Source: Malacoraja senta (Eukaryota). From it: 62,000 nt of DNA. Under the pieces are notes generated by a model, which saw nothing but the letters and a program-made list of their open reading frames with translations, made no database searches and was not told the origin of the DNA. Position 1 is the stretch's first letter, and each line of letters begins with the position of its first letter. This document shows positions 25,172-39,179 of this stretch, piece after piece. The stretch covers positions 62,001-124,000 of the forward strand of contig JAXLNO010000408.1 in NCBI GenBank assembly GCA_038087875.1, in the 5' to 3' direction. The position numbers were made by a program, and so were the translations under genes.

Positions 25172-25821
25172 GTGAGGGGGGGGGAGGGGGGGAGATAGGG
25201 GGGGGAGGGGAGAGGGGAGGGGGGAGAGAGGGGGAGAGGGGGGGAGAGGGGAGGGGGAGGGGGAGAGGAGTGAGATGGGGGGAGGAGTGAGATGGGGGGG
25301 AGGGAGATAGGGGAGAGAGGGGGAGAGAGGGAGAGGGGGGTGGAGGGGGGAGAGAGAGGGAGAGGGGGGAGGAGTGAGATGGGGGGAGGGAGATAGGGGA
25401 GAGAGAGGGGGAGAGAGGGAGAGGGGGGTGGAGGGGGGAGAGAGGGAGAGGGGGGAGGAGTGAGATGGGGGGAGGGAGATAGGGGAGGGAGGGGGGGAGA
25501 GAGGGAGAGGGGGGGTGATGAGGGGGGAGGGAGGGAGAGGAGGGGTGGAAGATTGCAGGGTGGTCTGCCCTGTTTCGACTAATGCAATCAACTCGACGTG
25601 GACAAACGGAAGATCAAATAGAACAAGTTGTCCAACAACTTTAGGCTGTGCACGCCACACGGAACAAGAAGAGGGAGAGGAGAGAGAGAGGGGGGGGGGG
25701 TGGGGAGAGAGAGAAGGGGGGCAGAGATGGGGAAAGTGTGTGGGACTGGGAACTAGGGGGCTGGGGGATCATGGAGTGGCTGTGATAACTCTCTCTTCCC
25801 CCCCCCCCCTCTCTCCCCCAG

Positions 25822-25882
25822 GGATGTGTTCATGGCCTGGGTCGCTGCTCGGAACCAGCCATCGGTGACCGCCGTCAAGTAA
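25822..25882 (+). CDS. TOX4: TOX4 last coding exon
   Basis: Phase-2 acceptor; (R)DVFMAWVAARNQPSVTAVK* versus recalled human RDVFLAWVASRNSNTVVFVK*. Confidence 0.95.
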
Positions 25883-26165
25883 CCTGCGGCCCCCTGTGTG
25901 TGGGGGGGGCGGAGACAGCAACATTCTGTAGCTCCAGCTTCCCTCCCCCCCACTGTCCCTCCCTCCCCACCCCCCCCCCCTCCCTCTCCCCATCCCGCGG
26001 GGAGCAGTCCTGTGGAGGACACGTTACAGAACGCTGGGACAGCGACCGGGAGAGGAGCCGACCGGACACGGCAAGGACACGGACACGGTCACGGCAAGGA
26101 CACGGACACAGGGCGGGAGGGGGACGGGGTCTGCTCCCCCCACTGCCCCCCTCCCCCAACATCTC

Positions 26166-26171
26166 AATAAA
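26166..26171 (+). promoter_or_regulatory. Likely TOX4 polyadenylation signal
   Basis: First AATAAA ~285 bp after the stop codon. Confidence 0.65.
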
Positions 26172-26213
26172 GGCAGACGCCCCACACCCCTCGCCTCCTC
26201 TCTCTCTCTCACT

Positions 26214-26662
26214 CTGTTACACCCACAGACCCGTCCCCACCGGTACTGTATCCCAGTGTTACACACACACACACAGACCCGTCCCCACCGGTACTGTACC
26301 CCAGTGTTACACAGACAGACCCATCCCCACCGGTACTGTACCCCAGTGTTACACACACACACACAGACCCGTCCCCACCGGTACTGTACCCCAGTGTTAC
26401 ACACACACACACACACACAGAGACACACACACACACACATACACACATACACACAAACACACACACACACACATACACACACACACAAACACATACACAC
26501 ACACACACACACACACATACACACACACATACACACACACACATACACATACACACACACATACACACACACACACATACACATACACACACACACACAC
26601 ATACACACACACACACATACACATACACACACACACATACACACACACACATACACACACAC

Positions 26663-26730
<68 letters not shown>
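26214..26730. repeat. Short minisatellite (CCCACCGGTACTGTACCCCAGTGTTACAC..) followed by a (CA)n microsatellite
   Basis: Direct inspection. Confidence 0.95.
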
Positions 26731-26889
26731 CACAACGGCGGGGGTCAGGGCAAGCAGGGAGCACTGTGTATAAAGTCCCCACGGTACACAGCCAATGTGA
26801 TACAGATACACACCGCGATGAACAGGAAGGTTGGCACTGTAATTAAGACGGTAATTCCTTTAAAAGAGAGGGGGAGAGGGAGTGGAGAC

Positions 26890-27296
26890 AACATTTAAGA
26901 AGCCAGGGATACACGGCTGTGAAGTTCGGCGGACATTTAACATCGGTTATCCTTGGTTGTGAAAATTCCTGCTTACGTTTTTTCCCCCCAATGAGCCAAT
27001 GAAAATGACCAGTCGGCAAAGGCGATGAACTAAACCTACCTACGACATCCCATAACTACATGGCAACCCCACTACCACTGCACCTACGACTACAGGATTA
27101 CCGATTTTCCCCATGGTGACCAATTTTTGGTCACAGAAAATATTTCAGCATGTTGACAAATTTGCAGCGGCCATACTGAGGGCGTGACTAGTCCCAGAAT
27201 GCGGGAACTCCTCGCGACCATGAAGGAGACTCGCCAGCAAACGTGGCGCAGAGTCTCTGGCACTCGCCTAAAAAGTCGCCTAAGTTGGACAGGCCC
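26890..27296. mobile_element. Probable PIF/Harbinger-type MITE fragment
   Basis: Ends in AAAAGTCGCCTAAGTTGGACAGGCCC, a TIR type typical of such MITEs; the partner TIR was not found. Confidence 0.4.
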
Positions 27297-27299
27297 ATA

Positions 27300-28545
27300 A
27301 TTCTCTCTTGAAAGTATCCAGAGAATCGCCCTCCACCGCCCTCTCTGAGGCAGAGAATTTCACAGATTCACAACTCTCTGGGTGGAAAAGTTTCGCCTCA
27401 TCTCCGTTCTAAATGGCTGACCCCTTATTCTTAAACTGTGGCCCCTGGTTCTGGACTCCCCCAACATCAGGAACATGTTTCCTGCCTCTAGCGTGTCCAA
27501 GCCCTTAATCTTATGTTTCAATAAGATCTCTCATCATTCTAAACTCCAGAGTGTACAAGCCCAGCCGCTGCATTCTCTCAGCATATGACAGTCCCGCCAT
27601 CCCGAGAATTAACCTTGTAAACCTACGCTGCACTCCCTCAATAGCAAGAATGTCCTTCCTCAAATTTGGAGACCGAAACTGCGCACAATACTCCAGGTGT
27701 GGTCTCACTAGGGCCCTGCACAACTGCAGAAGGACCTCTTTGCTCCTATACTCAACTCCTCTTGTTATGAAGGCCAACATGCCATTGGCTTTCTTCACTG
27801 CCTGCTGTACCTGCATGCTTACTTTCATAGACTGGTGTACAAGGACCCCCAGACAGAGGGTTGTGTGGATGGACAATGTTCAGACTGGAGGTTCTGTGAC
27901 CAGTGGAGTTCCACAGGGGTCTGTGCTGGGCCAATACACAACAGGTGCAGGAGTAGGCCATTTGGCCCTTCGAGCCTGCACCGCCATTCAGTGTGATCAT
28001 GGCTGATCAGTACCCCGTTCCTGCCTTCTCCCCATATCCCCTGACTCCGCTATCTTTAAGAGCCCTATCTAGCTCTCTCTTGAAAGCATCCAGAGAACCG
28101 GCCTCCACCGCCCTCTGAGGCAGAGAATCCCACAGACTCACAACTCTCTGTGAGAAAAAGTGTTTCCTCATCACCCTTCTAAATGGTTTACTCCTTATTC
28201 TTAAACTGTGGCCCCTGGTTCTGGACTCCCCCAACATCGGGAACATGTTTCCTGCCTCTAGCATGTCCAAACCCTTAACAATCTTATATGTTTCAATGGG
28301 ATATCCTCTCATCCTTTTAAACTCCAGAGTGTACAAGCCCAGCCGCTCCATTCTCTCAGCATATGACAGTCCCGCCATCCCGGGAATTAACCTTGTAAAC
28401 CTACGCTGCACTCCCTCAATAGCAAGAATGTCCTTCCTCAAATTAGGGGACCAAAACTGCACACAATACTCCAGGTGTGGTCTCACTAGGGCTCTGTACA
28501 ACTGCAGAAGGACCTCTTTGCTCCTATATTCGATTCCTCTTGTTA
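27300..28545 (-). mobile_element. Two CR1 3' fragments (27300-27850; 27940-28545)
   Basis: ORFs 27511-27876 and 28007-28501 encode the CR1 RT C-terminus; 3' UTR at 27940-28006. Confidence 0.92.
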
Positions 28546-31500
28546 TAAAGGCTGTTTGTGATTATATAAATGACCTGGGTGTAAACGTAGAGGGCTTGGT
28601 CGGTAAGTTTGCAGATGACACTGAGATTGCTGGGGCGACGGACTGTGAGGAAGGCTGTCAACGTTTACAGCGGGCTATAGATCAGCGACGGGAATGGGCA
28701 GAGAAATGGAGTTGAACCCCAGCAAGTGTGAGTTGTACTTTGGGAGGTTAAAGGTTTCAAAGGACTTTTATTGTCACGTGTACCAGTTAAGGTCCCGTGA
28801 TAAGTGAATTACTATACAGCCATACGGGGAAAAGGATCAAGACATACAACGACATCAAAGTTAACGTCAACTTCCACCACAGCTGATTCATTCCTCATTG
28901 TGATGGAATTCTTCTTCCTCTTCTCCTGCGGTCGGGGCGATCAAAGCTCCCGCGTCTGGGCGGTTGAACCATCCGTCTGGGCGATCAAAGACCCCGTGTC
29001 TGGGCGGTTGAACCATCCGTCTGGGCGGTCAAAGCCCCCACGTCTGGGCGGTTGAACCATCCGTCTGGGCGGTCAAAGCTCCCACGGCTTGGAGTTCCCG
29101 AAGTCGGACTGTGACCGGACACCACGGGCTCCGTGATGTTACGCCCACAAGCACCCACGGTTGGAGCTCCGAGGTCGACCCCTGGCAAGGGGATCGCGGG
29201 CTCCACGATGGTGAGTCCGCAGTGGAGCTCTCGAAGTCGGTCTCCAGCAAAGGCCGCCAACTGCTCGATGTTCGGCCGCAGATACGATACGGAAACAAAT
29301 CACATCCCCGTCGAGGTAAGAGATTCCCCCCAACTCCCCCCCCCCCACCCCCCCACATAAAACAAGGTAAACACCAAAACCTACAATTAACACGTACTGT
29401 TAAAACACAGAGAAGGGAAAGACAGACAGACTGTTGGCGAGGCAGACATTGCTGGCGCCACCTGGTGGTCAAGGTTGAACGTAAGGGGAACAAGTCTAGA
29501 GTTAACGGCAAGACCTTTAACAGCAGCGATGGGCAGAGGGATGTTGGGGTCCAAGTCCATAACTGGGTTAAAGTGGCAACACACGTGGACAGAGCGGGCG
29601 GTGAAGAAGGGGAACGTTGCGCTTGCCTGCATCGGTCGGGACGTGGAGTACAAGAGTCAGGAAGTCACCGTGCAGCTTTACAGGACTTGGGTCAGGCAGC
29701 ATCTGGAGTATTGTGGGCAGTTCTGGTCCCCCCCCATTACAGGATGTGGGGGCTTTGGAGACGGGGCAGAGGGGGATCACCACATCACTGTCTGGGTGAG
29801 AGGGTTCCAGTTATAGGGAGAGGGGGCAGGGAGAGGGGGCAGGGAGAGGGGACAGAGAGAGGGGGCAGAGAGAGGGGGCTGAGAGAGGGGGCAAAGGGGG
29901 TGGAGAGAGGGGACAGAGAGAGGGGGCTGAGAGGGCTGAGAGAGGGGGCAGAGAGAGGGGGTGGAGAGAGGGGGCAGAGAGAGGGGGTGGAGAGAGGGGG
30001 CAGAGGGGGGTCACCAGATCACTGTCTGGGTGAGGGTTCCAGTTACAGGGAGAGGGGGCAGGGAGAGGGGGTGGAGAGAGAGGGGACAGAGAGAGGGGGC
30101 AGAGAGGGGGCTGAGAGAGGGGGCAGAGAGAGGGGGTGGAGAGAGGGGACAGAGAGAGAGAGGGGACTGAGAGGGGGTGGAGAGAAGGGGCAGAGAGAGG
30201 GGGCAGAGGGGGGTCACCACATCACTGTCTGGATGAGAGGGGTTCCAGTTACAGGGAGAGGGGCAGATAGAGGGATTGTTTTGTCCGGAACACCGGAGTT
30301 TGAGGGGAGACCAGATAGTTTATGAAATGATGAGAGGCGTAGAGAGAGGTCGACTGAATCATTTCTCCCAGGATTAACAAATCAAATACTAAAGAGCGTA
30401 GCTTTATGGTAAGAGGGACAAGTTCAAGTGGCTTTTGGGTTCAGTAGGCACAGCTACTGTCTATGGATGGATATGGATCACGTGCAGGTAGATGAGCAAT
30501 GTTCTTGGCATCATGTTTGGCACGGACATTGTGGGCCGAAGGGCTGATCTTGTGCTGTACTGTAGTATCTTCTGGTGCAGCGTTTCTCAACTGGGGTCCC
30601 CCCCGGAACACGAGGGCTCTGGGGGGCATCTGTCTCTGGGGTGAGCACCGACGCTGCGTTCACGGACCAGCCCCCCCCGTGTGACGGGGCCCAACGGGTC
30701 CCACTTGGTCTAGTTTCACTTAAAAATATGATCATCAGAGGGAATATATTTAGAGACGGCGTCGGTGTGAAACGTCCGTCAGTGGTCAGTGGACGGATTA
30801 GTGTATCATCAAGTGACTCACTGGAGTACGGACACACACACGGCCTCCATCTCACCAGGGTCCGTGTTGACCAGCGATCCCCGCACATTAACACTATCCC
30901 CCACACACTGGGGACAATGTTTACATTTATCCCCTGCACTATCTTTAAGAGCCCTATCTAGCTCTCTCTTGAAAGCATCCAGAGAACCGGCCTCCACCGC
31001 CCTCTGAGGCAGAGAATTCCACAAACTCACAACTCTCTGTGAGAAAAAGTGTTTCCTCGTCTCCGTTCTAAATGGCTTACCCCTTATTCTTAAACTGTGG
31101 CCCCTGGTTCTGGACTCCCCCAACATCGGGAACATGTTTCCTGCCTCTAGCGTGTCCAAACCCTTAACAATCTTATATGTTTCAATGAGGTACCCTCTCA
31201 TCCTTCTAAACTCCAGAGTATACAAGCCCAGCCGCTCCATTCTCTCAGCATATGACAGTCCCGCCATCCTGGGAATTAACCTTGTAAACCTACGCTGCAC
31301 TCCCTCAATAGCAAGAATGTCCTTCCTCAAATTAGGGGACCAAAACTGCACACAATACTCCAGGTGTGGTCTCACTAGGGCCCTGTACAACTGCAGAAGG
31401 GCCTCTTTGCTCCTATATTCGTTTCTTCTTGTTATAAAGGCTGTTTGTGATTATATAAATGACCTGGGTGTAAACGTAGAGGGCTTGGTCGGTAAGTTTG

Positions 31501-34500
31501 CAGATGACACTGAGATTGCTGGGGCGACGGACTGTGAGGAAGGCTGTCAAAGTTTACAGCGGGGTATAGATTAGCGACGGGAATGGGCAGAGAAATGGAG
31601 TTGAACCCCAGCAAGTGTGAGTTGTACTTTGGGAGGTTAAAGGTTTCAAAGGACTTTTATTGTCACGTGTACCAGTTAAGGTCCCGTGATAAGTGAATTA
31701 CTATACAGCCATACGGGGAAAAGGATCAAGACATACAACGGCATCAAAGTTAACGTCAACTTCCACCACAGCTGATTCCCCACATTCCTCACTGTGATGG
31801 AATTCTTCTTCCTCTTTATTCTCCTGCGGTCTGGGCGATCAAAGCTCCCGTGTCTGGGCGGTTGAACCATCCGTCTGGGCGGTCAAAGCCCCCGCGTCTG
31901 GGCGGTTGAACCATCCGTCGGGGCGGTCAAAGCTCCCGTGTCTGGGCGGTTGAACCATCCGTCTGGGCGGTCAAAGCCCCCGCGTCTGGGCGGTTGAAAC
32001 CATCCGTCTGGGCGGTCGAAGCCCCCACGTCTGGGCAGTTGAACCATCCGTCTGGGCGGTCAAAGCTCCCACGGCTTGGAGTTCCCGAAGTCGGACTGTG
32101 ACCGGAGACCACGGGCTCCGTGATGTTACGCCCACAAGCACCCACGTTTGGAGCTCCGAGGTCGACCCCTGGCAAGGGGATCGCGGGCTCCACGATGGTG
32201 AGTCCGCAGTGGAGCTCTCGAAGTCGGTCTCCAGCAAAGGCCGCCAACTCCTCGATGTTCGGCCGCAGATACGATACGGAAACAAATCACATCCCCGTCG
32301 AGGTAAGAGATTCCCCCAACTCCCCCACCCCCCCCCACCCCACATAAAACAAGGTAAACACCAAAACATACATTTAACACTCACTGTTAAAACACAGAGA
32401 AGGGAAAGACAGACAGACTGTTGGCGAGGCAGCCATTGCTGGCGCCACCTGGTGGTCAAGGTTGAACGTAAGGGGAACAAGTCTAGAGTTAACGGCAAGA
32501 CCTTTAACAGCATCGATGGGCAGAGGGATGTTGGGGTCCAAGTCCATAACTGGGTTAAAGTGGCAACACACGTGGACAGAGCGGGCGGTGAAGAAGGTGA
32601 ACGTTGCGCTTGCCTGCATCGGTCGGGGACGTGGAGTACAAGAGTCAGGAAGTCACCGTGCAGCTTTACAGGACTTGGGTCAGGCAGCATCTGGAGTATT
32701 GTGGGCAGTTCTGGTCACCCCCATTACAGGATGTGGGGGCTTTGGAGACGGGGCAGAGGGGGATCACCACATCACTGTCTGGGTGAGAGGGTTCCAGTTA
32801 CAGGGAGAGGGGGCAGGAGAGGGGGTGGAGAGAGAGGGGACAGAGAGAGGGGGCAGAGAGAGGGTGGAGAGAGAGGGGACAGAGAGAGAGGGTGGAGAGA
32901 GGGGGCAGAGGGGGGTGGAGAGAGGGGGGCAGAGAGGGCTGAGAGAGGGGGGCAGAGAGAGGGGGCAGAGAGAGGGGGTGGAGAGAGGGATTGTTTTCTC
33001 TGGAACACCGGAGTTTGAGGGGAGACCAGATAGAAGTTTATGAAATGATGAGAAGCGTAGAGAGAGGTCGACTGAATCATTTCTCCCAGGATTAACAAAT
33101 TCAAATACTAAAGAGCGTAGCTTTATGGTAAGAGGGACAAGTTCAAGTGGCTTTTGGGTTCAGTAGGCACAGCTACTGTCTATGGATGGATATGGATCAC
33201 GTGCAGGTAGATGAGCAATGTTCTTGGCATCATGTTTGGCACGGACATTGTGGCCGAAGGGCCTGATCTTGTGCTGTACTGTAGTATCTTCTGGTGCAGC
33301 GTTTCTCAACTGGGGTCCCCCCGGAACACGAGGGCTCTGGGGGGGCATCTGTCTCTGGGGTGAGCAACGACGCTGCGTTCACGGACCAGCCCCCCCCCGT
33401 GTGACGGGGCCCAACGGGGTCCCACTTGGTCTAGTTTCACTTAAAAATATGATCATCAGAGGGAATATATTTAGAGACGGCGTTGGTGTGAAACGTCCGT
33501 CAGTGGTCAGTGGACGGATTAGTGTATCATCAAGTGACTCACTGGAGTACGGACACACGCACGGCCATCATCTGACCAGGGTCCGTGTTGACCAGCGATC
33601 CCCGCACATTAACACTATCCCACACACACTTGGGACAATGTTTACATTTATCCCCTGCCTCTGCTATCTTTAAGAGGCCCATCTAGCTCTCTCTTGAAAG
33701 CATCCAGAGAACAGGCCTCCACCGCCCTCTGAGGCAGAGAATCCCACAGACTCACCACTCTCTGGTGAAAAAGTGTTTCCTTGTCACCGTTCTAAATGGT
33801 TTACTCCTTATGCTTAAACTGTGGCCCTTGGTTCTGGACTCCCCCAACATCGGGAACATGTTTCCTGCCTCTAGCGTGTCCAAGCCCTTAACAATCTTAT
33901 ATGTTTCAATGAGATACCCTCTCATCCTTCTAAACTCCAGAGTGTACAAGCCCAGCTGCTCCATTCTCTCAGCATATGACAGTCCCACCATCCCGGGAAT
34001 TAACCTGGTGAACCTACGCTGCACTCCCTCAATAGCAAGAATGTCCTTCCTCAAATTAGGGGACCAAAACTGCACACAATACTCCAGGTGTGGTCTCACT
34101 AGGGCCCTGTACAACTGCAGAAGGACCTCTTTGCTCCTATATTCGATTCCTCTTGTTATAAAGGCTGTTTGTGATTATATAAATGACCTGGGTGTAAACG
34201 TAGAGGGCTTGGTCGGTAAGTTTGCAGATGACACTGAGATTGCTGGGGCGACGGACTGTGAGGAAGGCTGTCAACGTTTACAGCGGGGTATAGATTAGCG
34301 ACGGGAAGGGGCAGAGAAATGGAGTTGAACCCCAGCAAGTGTGAGTTGTACTTTGGGAGGTTAAAGGTTTCAAAGGACTTTTATTGTCACGTGTACCAGT
34401 TAAGGTCCCGTGATAAGTGAATTACTATACAGCCATACGGGGAAAAGGATCAAGACATACAACGGCATCAAAGTTAACGTCAACTTCCACCACAGCTGAT

Positions 34501-36556
34501 TCCCCACATTCCTCACTGTGATGGAATTCTTCTTCCTCTTCTCCTGCGGTCGGGGCGATCAAAGCTCCCGCGTCTGGGCGGTTGAACCATCCGTCTGGGC
34601 GATCAAAGCCCCCGTGTCTGGGCGGTTGAACCATCCGTCTGGGCGGTCAAAGCCCCCACGTCTGGGCGGTTGAACCATCCGTCTGGGCGGTTGAACCATC
34701 CGTCTGGGCGATCAAAGCTCCCACGGTTTTGAGTTCCCGAAGTCGGACTGTGACCGGAGACCACGGGCTCCGTGATGTTACGCCCACAAGCACCCACGTT
34801 TGGAGCTCCGAGGTCGACCCCTGGCAAGGGGATCGCGGGCTCCACGATGGTGAGTCCGCAGTGGAGCTCTCGAAGTCGGTCTCCAGCAAAGCCGCCAACT
34901 GCTCGATGTTCGGCCGCAGATACGATACGGAAACAAATCACATCCCCGTCGAGGTAAGAGATTCCCCCAACTCCCCCCCCCCACCCCCCCACATAAAACA
35001 AGGTAAACACCAAAACCTACAATTAACACGTACTGTTAAAACACAGAGAAGGGAAAGACAGACAGACTGTTGGCGAGGCAGACATTGCTGGCGCCACCTG
35101 GTGGTCAAGGTTGAACGTAAGGGGAAAGTCTAGAGTTAACGGCAAGACCTTTAACAGCAGCGATGGGCAGAGGGATGTTGGGGTCCAAGTCCATAACTGG
35201 GTGAAAGTGGCAACACACGTGGACAGAGCGGGCGGTGAAGAAGGGGAACGTTGCGCTTGCCTGCATCGGTCGGGACGTGGAGTACAAGAGTCAGGAAGTC
35301 ACCGTGCAGCTTTACAGGACTTGGGTCAGGCAGCATCTGGAGTATTGTGGGCAGTTCTGGTCCCCCCCATTACAGGATGTGGGGGCTTTGGAGACGGGGC
35401 AGAGGGGGATCATCACATCACTGTCTGGGTGAGAGGGTTCCAGTTATAGGGAGAGGGGGCAGGGAGAGGGGGCAGGGAGAGGGGACAGAGAGAGGGGGCA
35501 GAGAGAGGGGGCTGAGAGAGGGGGCAAAGGGGGTGGAGAGAGGGGACAGAGAGAGGGGGCTGAGAGGGCTGAGAGAGGGGGCAGAGAGAGGGGGTGGAGA
35601 GAGGGGGCAGAGAGAGGGGGGTGGAGAGAGGGGGCAGAGGGGGGGTCACCAGATCACTGTCTGGGTGAGGGTTCCAGTTACAGGGAGAGGGGGCAGGGAG
35701 AGGGGGTGGAGAGAGAGGGGACAGAGAGAGGGGGCAGAGAGGGGGGCTGAGAGAGGGGGCAGAGAGAGGGGGGTGGAGAGAGGGGACAGAGAGAGAGAGG
35801 GGACTGAGAGGGGGTGGAGAGAAGGGGCAGAGAGAGGGGGCAGAGGGGGGTCACCACATCACTGTCTGGATGAGAGGGTTCCAGTTACAGGGAGAGGGGC
35901 AGATAGAGGGATTGTTTTGTCCGGAACACCGGAGTTTGAGGGGAGACCAGATAGTTTATGAAATGATGAGAAGCGTAGAGAGAGGTCGACTGAATCATTT
36001 CTCCCAGGATTAACAAATCAAATACTAAAGAGCGTAGCTTTATGGTAAGAGGGACAAGTTCAAGTGGCTTTTGGGTTCAGTAGGCACAGCTACTGTCTAT
36101 GGATGGATATGGATCACGTGCAGGTAGATGAGCAATGTTCTTGGCATCATGTTTGGCACGGACATTGTGGGCCGAAGGGCCTGATCTTGTGCTGTACTGT
36201 AGTATCTTCTGGTGCAGCGTTTCTCAACTGGGGTCCCCCCGGAACACGAGGGCTCTGGGGGGGCATCTGTCTCTGGGGTGAGCACCGACGCTGCGTTCAC
36301 GGACCAGCCCCCCCCGTGTGACGGGGCCCAACGGGTCCCACTTGGTCTAGTTTCACTTTAAAATATGATCATCAGAGGGAATATATTTAGAGACAGCGTC
36401 GGTGTGAAACGTCCGTCAGTGGTCAGTGGACGGATTAGTGTATCATCAAGTGACTCACTGGAGTACACGGCCTCCATCTCACCAGGGTCCGTGTTGACCA
36501 GCGATCCCCGCACATTAACACTATCCCACACACACTGGGGACAATGTTTACATTTA
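28050..36556. repeat. Tandem triplication of a ~2.7-2.9 kb composite unit of TE fragments
   Basis: Units start CTATCTTTAAGAG at ~28050, ~30940 and ~33665; identical internal junctions in all three. Confidence 0.95.
28750..29471 (-). mobile_element. GC-rich hairpin-family retroposon (also at 31639-32458 and 34363-35107) with internal ~39-bp VNTR
   Basis: TSD AGGTT (28745-28749/29472-29476); GGTGGCGCC head; TTCCATCACA..CTGTGGTGGAA hairpin; GTGACAATAAA tail. Confidence 0.85.
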
Positions 36557-36696
36557 CAGGAGGGCGTAGGAGGGAGGGACAGGCCACACTTGTGCCAAGT
36601 ACAGCACACGGCCTCCATCTCACCAGGGTCCGTGTTGACCAGCGATCCCCGCACATTAACACTATCCCACACACACTGGGGACAATGTTTACATTT

Positions 36697-39153
36697 ACAG
36701 GAGGGCGTAGGAGGGAGGGACAGGCCACACTTGTGCCAAGTACAGCAGCCCCGAGAGCTCCTCACACCTGATGACCACATTTTTTCCGGTTATGGAGAGG
36801 GAGCGTTGCCTCCACAGCTCCAGCTTCTTCCCCACCTTGACTATCCGCTCCAGCCAATTCTTGTTACACGCCTCAGCCCCCCCGAACCAGATCCCCAGCA
36901 CCTTCAAGAAGTCAGGCTTGATGGTGAAGGGGACAGAAGCTCGGTCGGGCCAGTTGCCAAAGAGCACGGCCTCGCTCTTCCTGCGGTTCACCCTGGCTCC
37001 CGTGGCCGACTCAAACTGGTCGCAGATACTAATCAGTCTGCGGACCGACCCTGGATCCGAGCAGAAGACAGCGACATCGTCCATGTACAGGGAGGTTTTG
37101 ACTTGAATGCCCCCACTGCCTGGCAATGTCACTCCTCTTATGCTGGCATCCTTCCTGATGGACTCGGCAAAAGGTTCAATACAGCAGACGAACAAGACAG
37201 GAGGGAGAGGGCACCCCTGCCTGACTCCAGACCTTACAGGGAAACTGTCTGATTCCCACCCATTGATTTGGACTGCACTACGGATATTGGTGTCGAGCAG
37301 TTTGATCCAATTTCGGATTCCATTTTGGAGAGCACGTCCCTCATGAACGTGTGCGACATCCTGTCGAAGGCCTTCTCCTGGTCCAAGCTGACTAGGCAGG
37401 CATCCACCCGTCTGTCCTGCACGTTGGCGATGGTGTCTCTCAGCAGCGCTAGGCTGTCTGAGATTTTCCTGCCAGGTACAGCACAGGTTTGTGTTGGATC
37501 ACCTGTCCCAGAGCTGACTTGACCCGGTTGGCGATGGCCTTAAACAGGATCTTGTAATCTACATTCAACAATGTGATGGGTCCCCAATTCTTTATGTCCT
37601 TCATCTCTCCCTTCTGCTTGTAGATTAGGGTGATGCTGCCCTTCCTCATGGAGTCTGACATGCTGCTGGCTAGAAGCATGTCGTTGTACACTTCCAGCAG
37701 GTCCGGGCCCACCCAGTCCCACAGAGCCCAATACAACTCGGCCGGTAAGCCATCGCTTCCGGGAGTTTTACTCCAGTCAAAGGAAGGGATGGAGCCAGTC
37801 AGCTCCTCTAGGGTCAGTGGTTGGTCCAGACTCTCCCGCTTGCTGTTCTCCAAGACCTCCGTGATAGAGGACAGGAAGTTCTGGGAGGCGGTGCTGTCTG
37901 TGGCCTTTTTGTCGTACAAATCCGTGTAAAAGGATTTGCAGATCCTCAGCATGTCCGTCTGCGAGGATGTTACCGAGCCGTCCTCCTCCCTAAGGCTGTT
38001 CATCACAGAGCTTCCCCTGTGAACCTTATGGAAGAAGTAACGTGAGCACGTCTCATCCTGCTCCACATGGTGGACCCTGGATGGGAAGATGATCTTGGAG
38101 GATTCAGAAGTAAAGAGCCGAGCTTGCCGGTCCTTCACCTCTCTAAGTTCCTCCCTCACATCCACCCCTCTCGACTGCAGAAGGAGCAGTTGTTGCAAAT
38201 CTGTCTGGAGTTGGCACAATTCCCTCTGACTCTGTCTTGCTCTCTGAACCCCTTTAACTATGAAGAACCTCTTAATGTTTTCCTTGGTTGCTTCCCACCA
38301 GAGTGTCGGGGAGTCAAAGAGGGGCCTCACCGTTCTCCAACATGCGTAGTCCCTCTTTAGCTCCTCAACGTTCTCTGGGGTCAACAGCTTCATATTTAAC
38401 TTCCACGTCCCCCCTGCCTGCCTTCCGGTCCTCCTGTAGGTGACAGAAAGCCCGAAGGAGGCAGTGGTCAGAGAAGAACACGGGCGTGAGGTCGGTGTGT
38501 CTCACCGTGACGGCCTTCGTCGTGAAGACAAAGTCTATCCGGGGTCGGGCTAAGCCGTCCGATCTCGACCAGGTGAAATGCAGCTGGGACCCGCCTGCAG
38601 GGTTGCTGAAGGCGTCGTGCAGCTTTGCGTCTTTTACCGTCTCCATCAGGAACTTGGACATGTTGTCCAGCCTGTTGTCCGCACTGCCGGATCGTCCAGC
38701 CGCATCGATGATGCAGTTGAAGTCACCGGCCAGAAGGAGCTGCCGGGACGTGGCCAGCAGCGATGGGAGCTGCTGGAGAACGGCCAGCCACTCGCTCTGC
38801 ACGGGTGAGGTATACACATTAATCAGCTGGAGCGTAGAACCACGGTACATAACATCCACCACGGGGAGACGCCCCCCCCCCCAACCACCTCCCTGACCTC
38901 AGCGATGGCGACGTTCCCTCCCCGCAGCAAGACCCCCAGGCCGGAATCGCAACAGTCATTGCCCCCCCGACCACACCGACAGTCCGTGGGGCCACCATCG
39001 CGACCACCTCCGATAGCAGCGGAGGTGCGGCAGCCCGCACTCCTGGGGAAAAGTCACATCTGCCTTGACGTTGGCCAGGTACTGCAAGGCATTTACACAT
39101 CGCCCAGTGCTCTTTATACTGCGCACGGTTAAAGATGCCAGTTTTATCTCCAT
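36697..39153 (-). pseudogene. Tx1 ORF2 (APE endonuclease + reverse transcriptase), frameshifted and truncated
   Basis: MEIKLASLTVRSIK..QEC, AGDFNC, RIDFVF, FFSDH, KTPGSDGLPAELY, NWGPITLLNVDYKIL, SLDQEKAFDR, SLYMDD. Confidence 0.93.
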
Positions 39154-39179
39154 TGTCTTTAGAGTCACTGACCATTCTC

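Noticed and set aside
23107..26898. 606-aa, 694-aa and HT/CV-rich ORFs
   Set aside because: Microsatellite and purine-tract artefacts overlapping the real TOX4 exons.
29111..30325. 404-aa ORF and its counterparts in the other units
   Set aside because: Crosses unrelated TE fragments and GA tracts; frames are not conserved between the three units.
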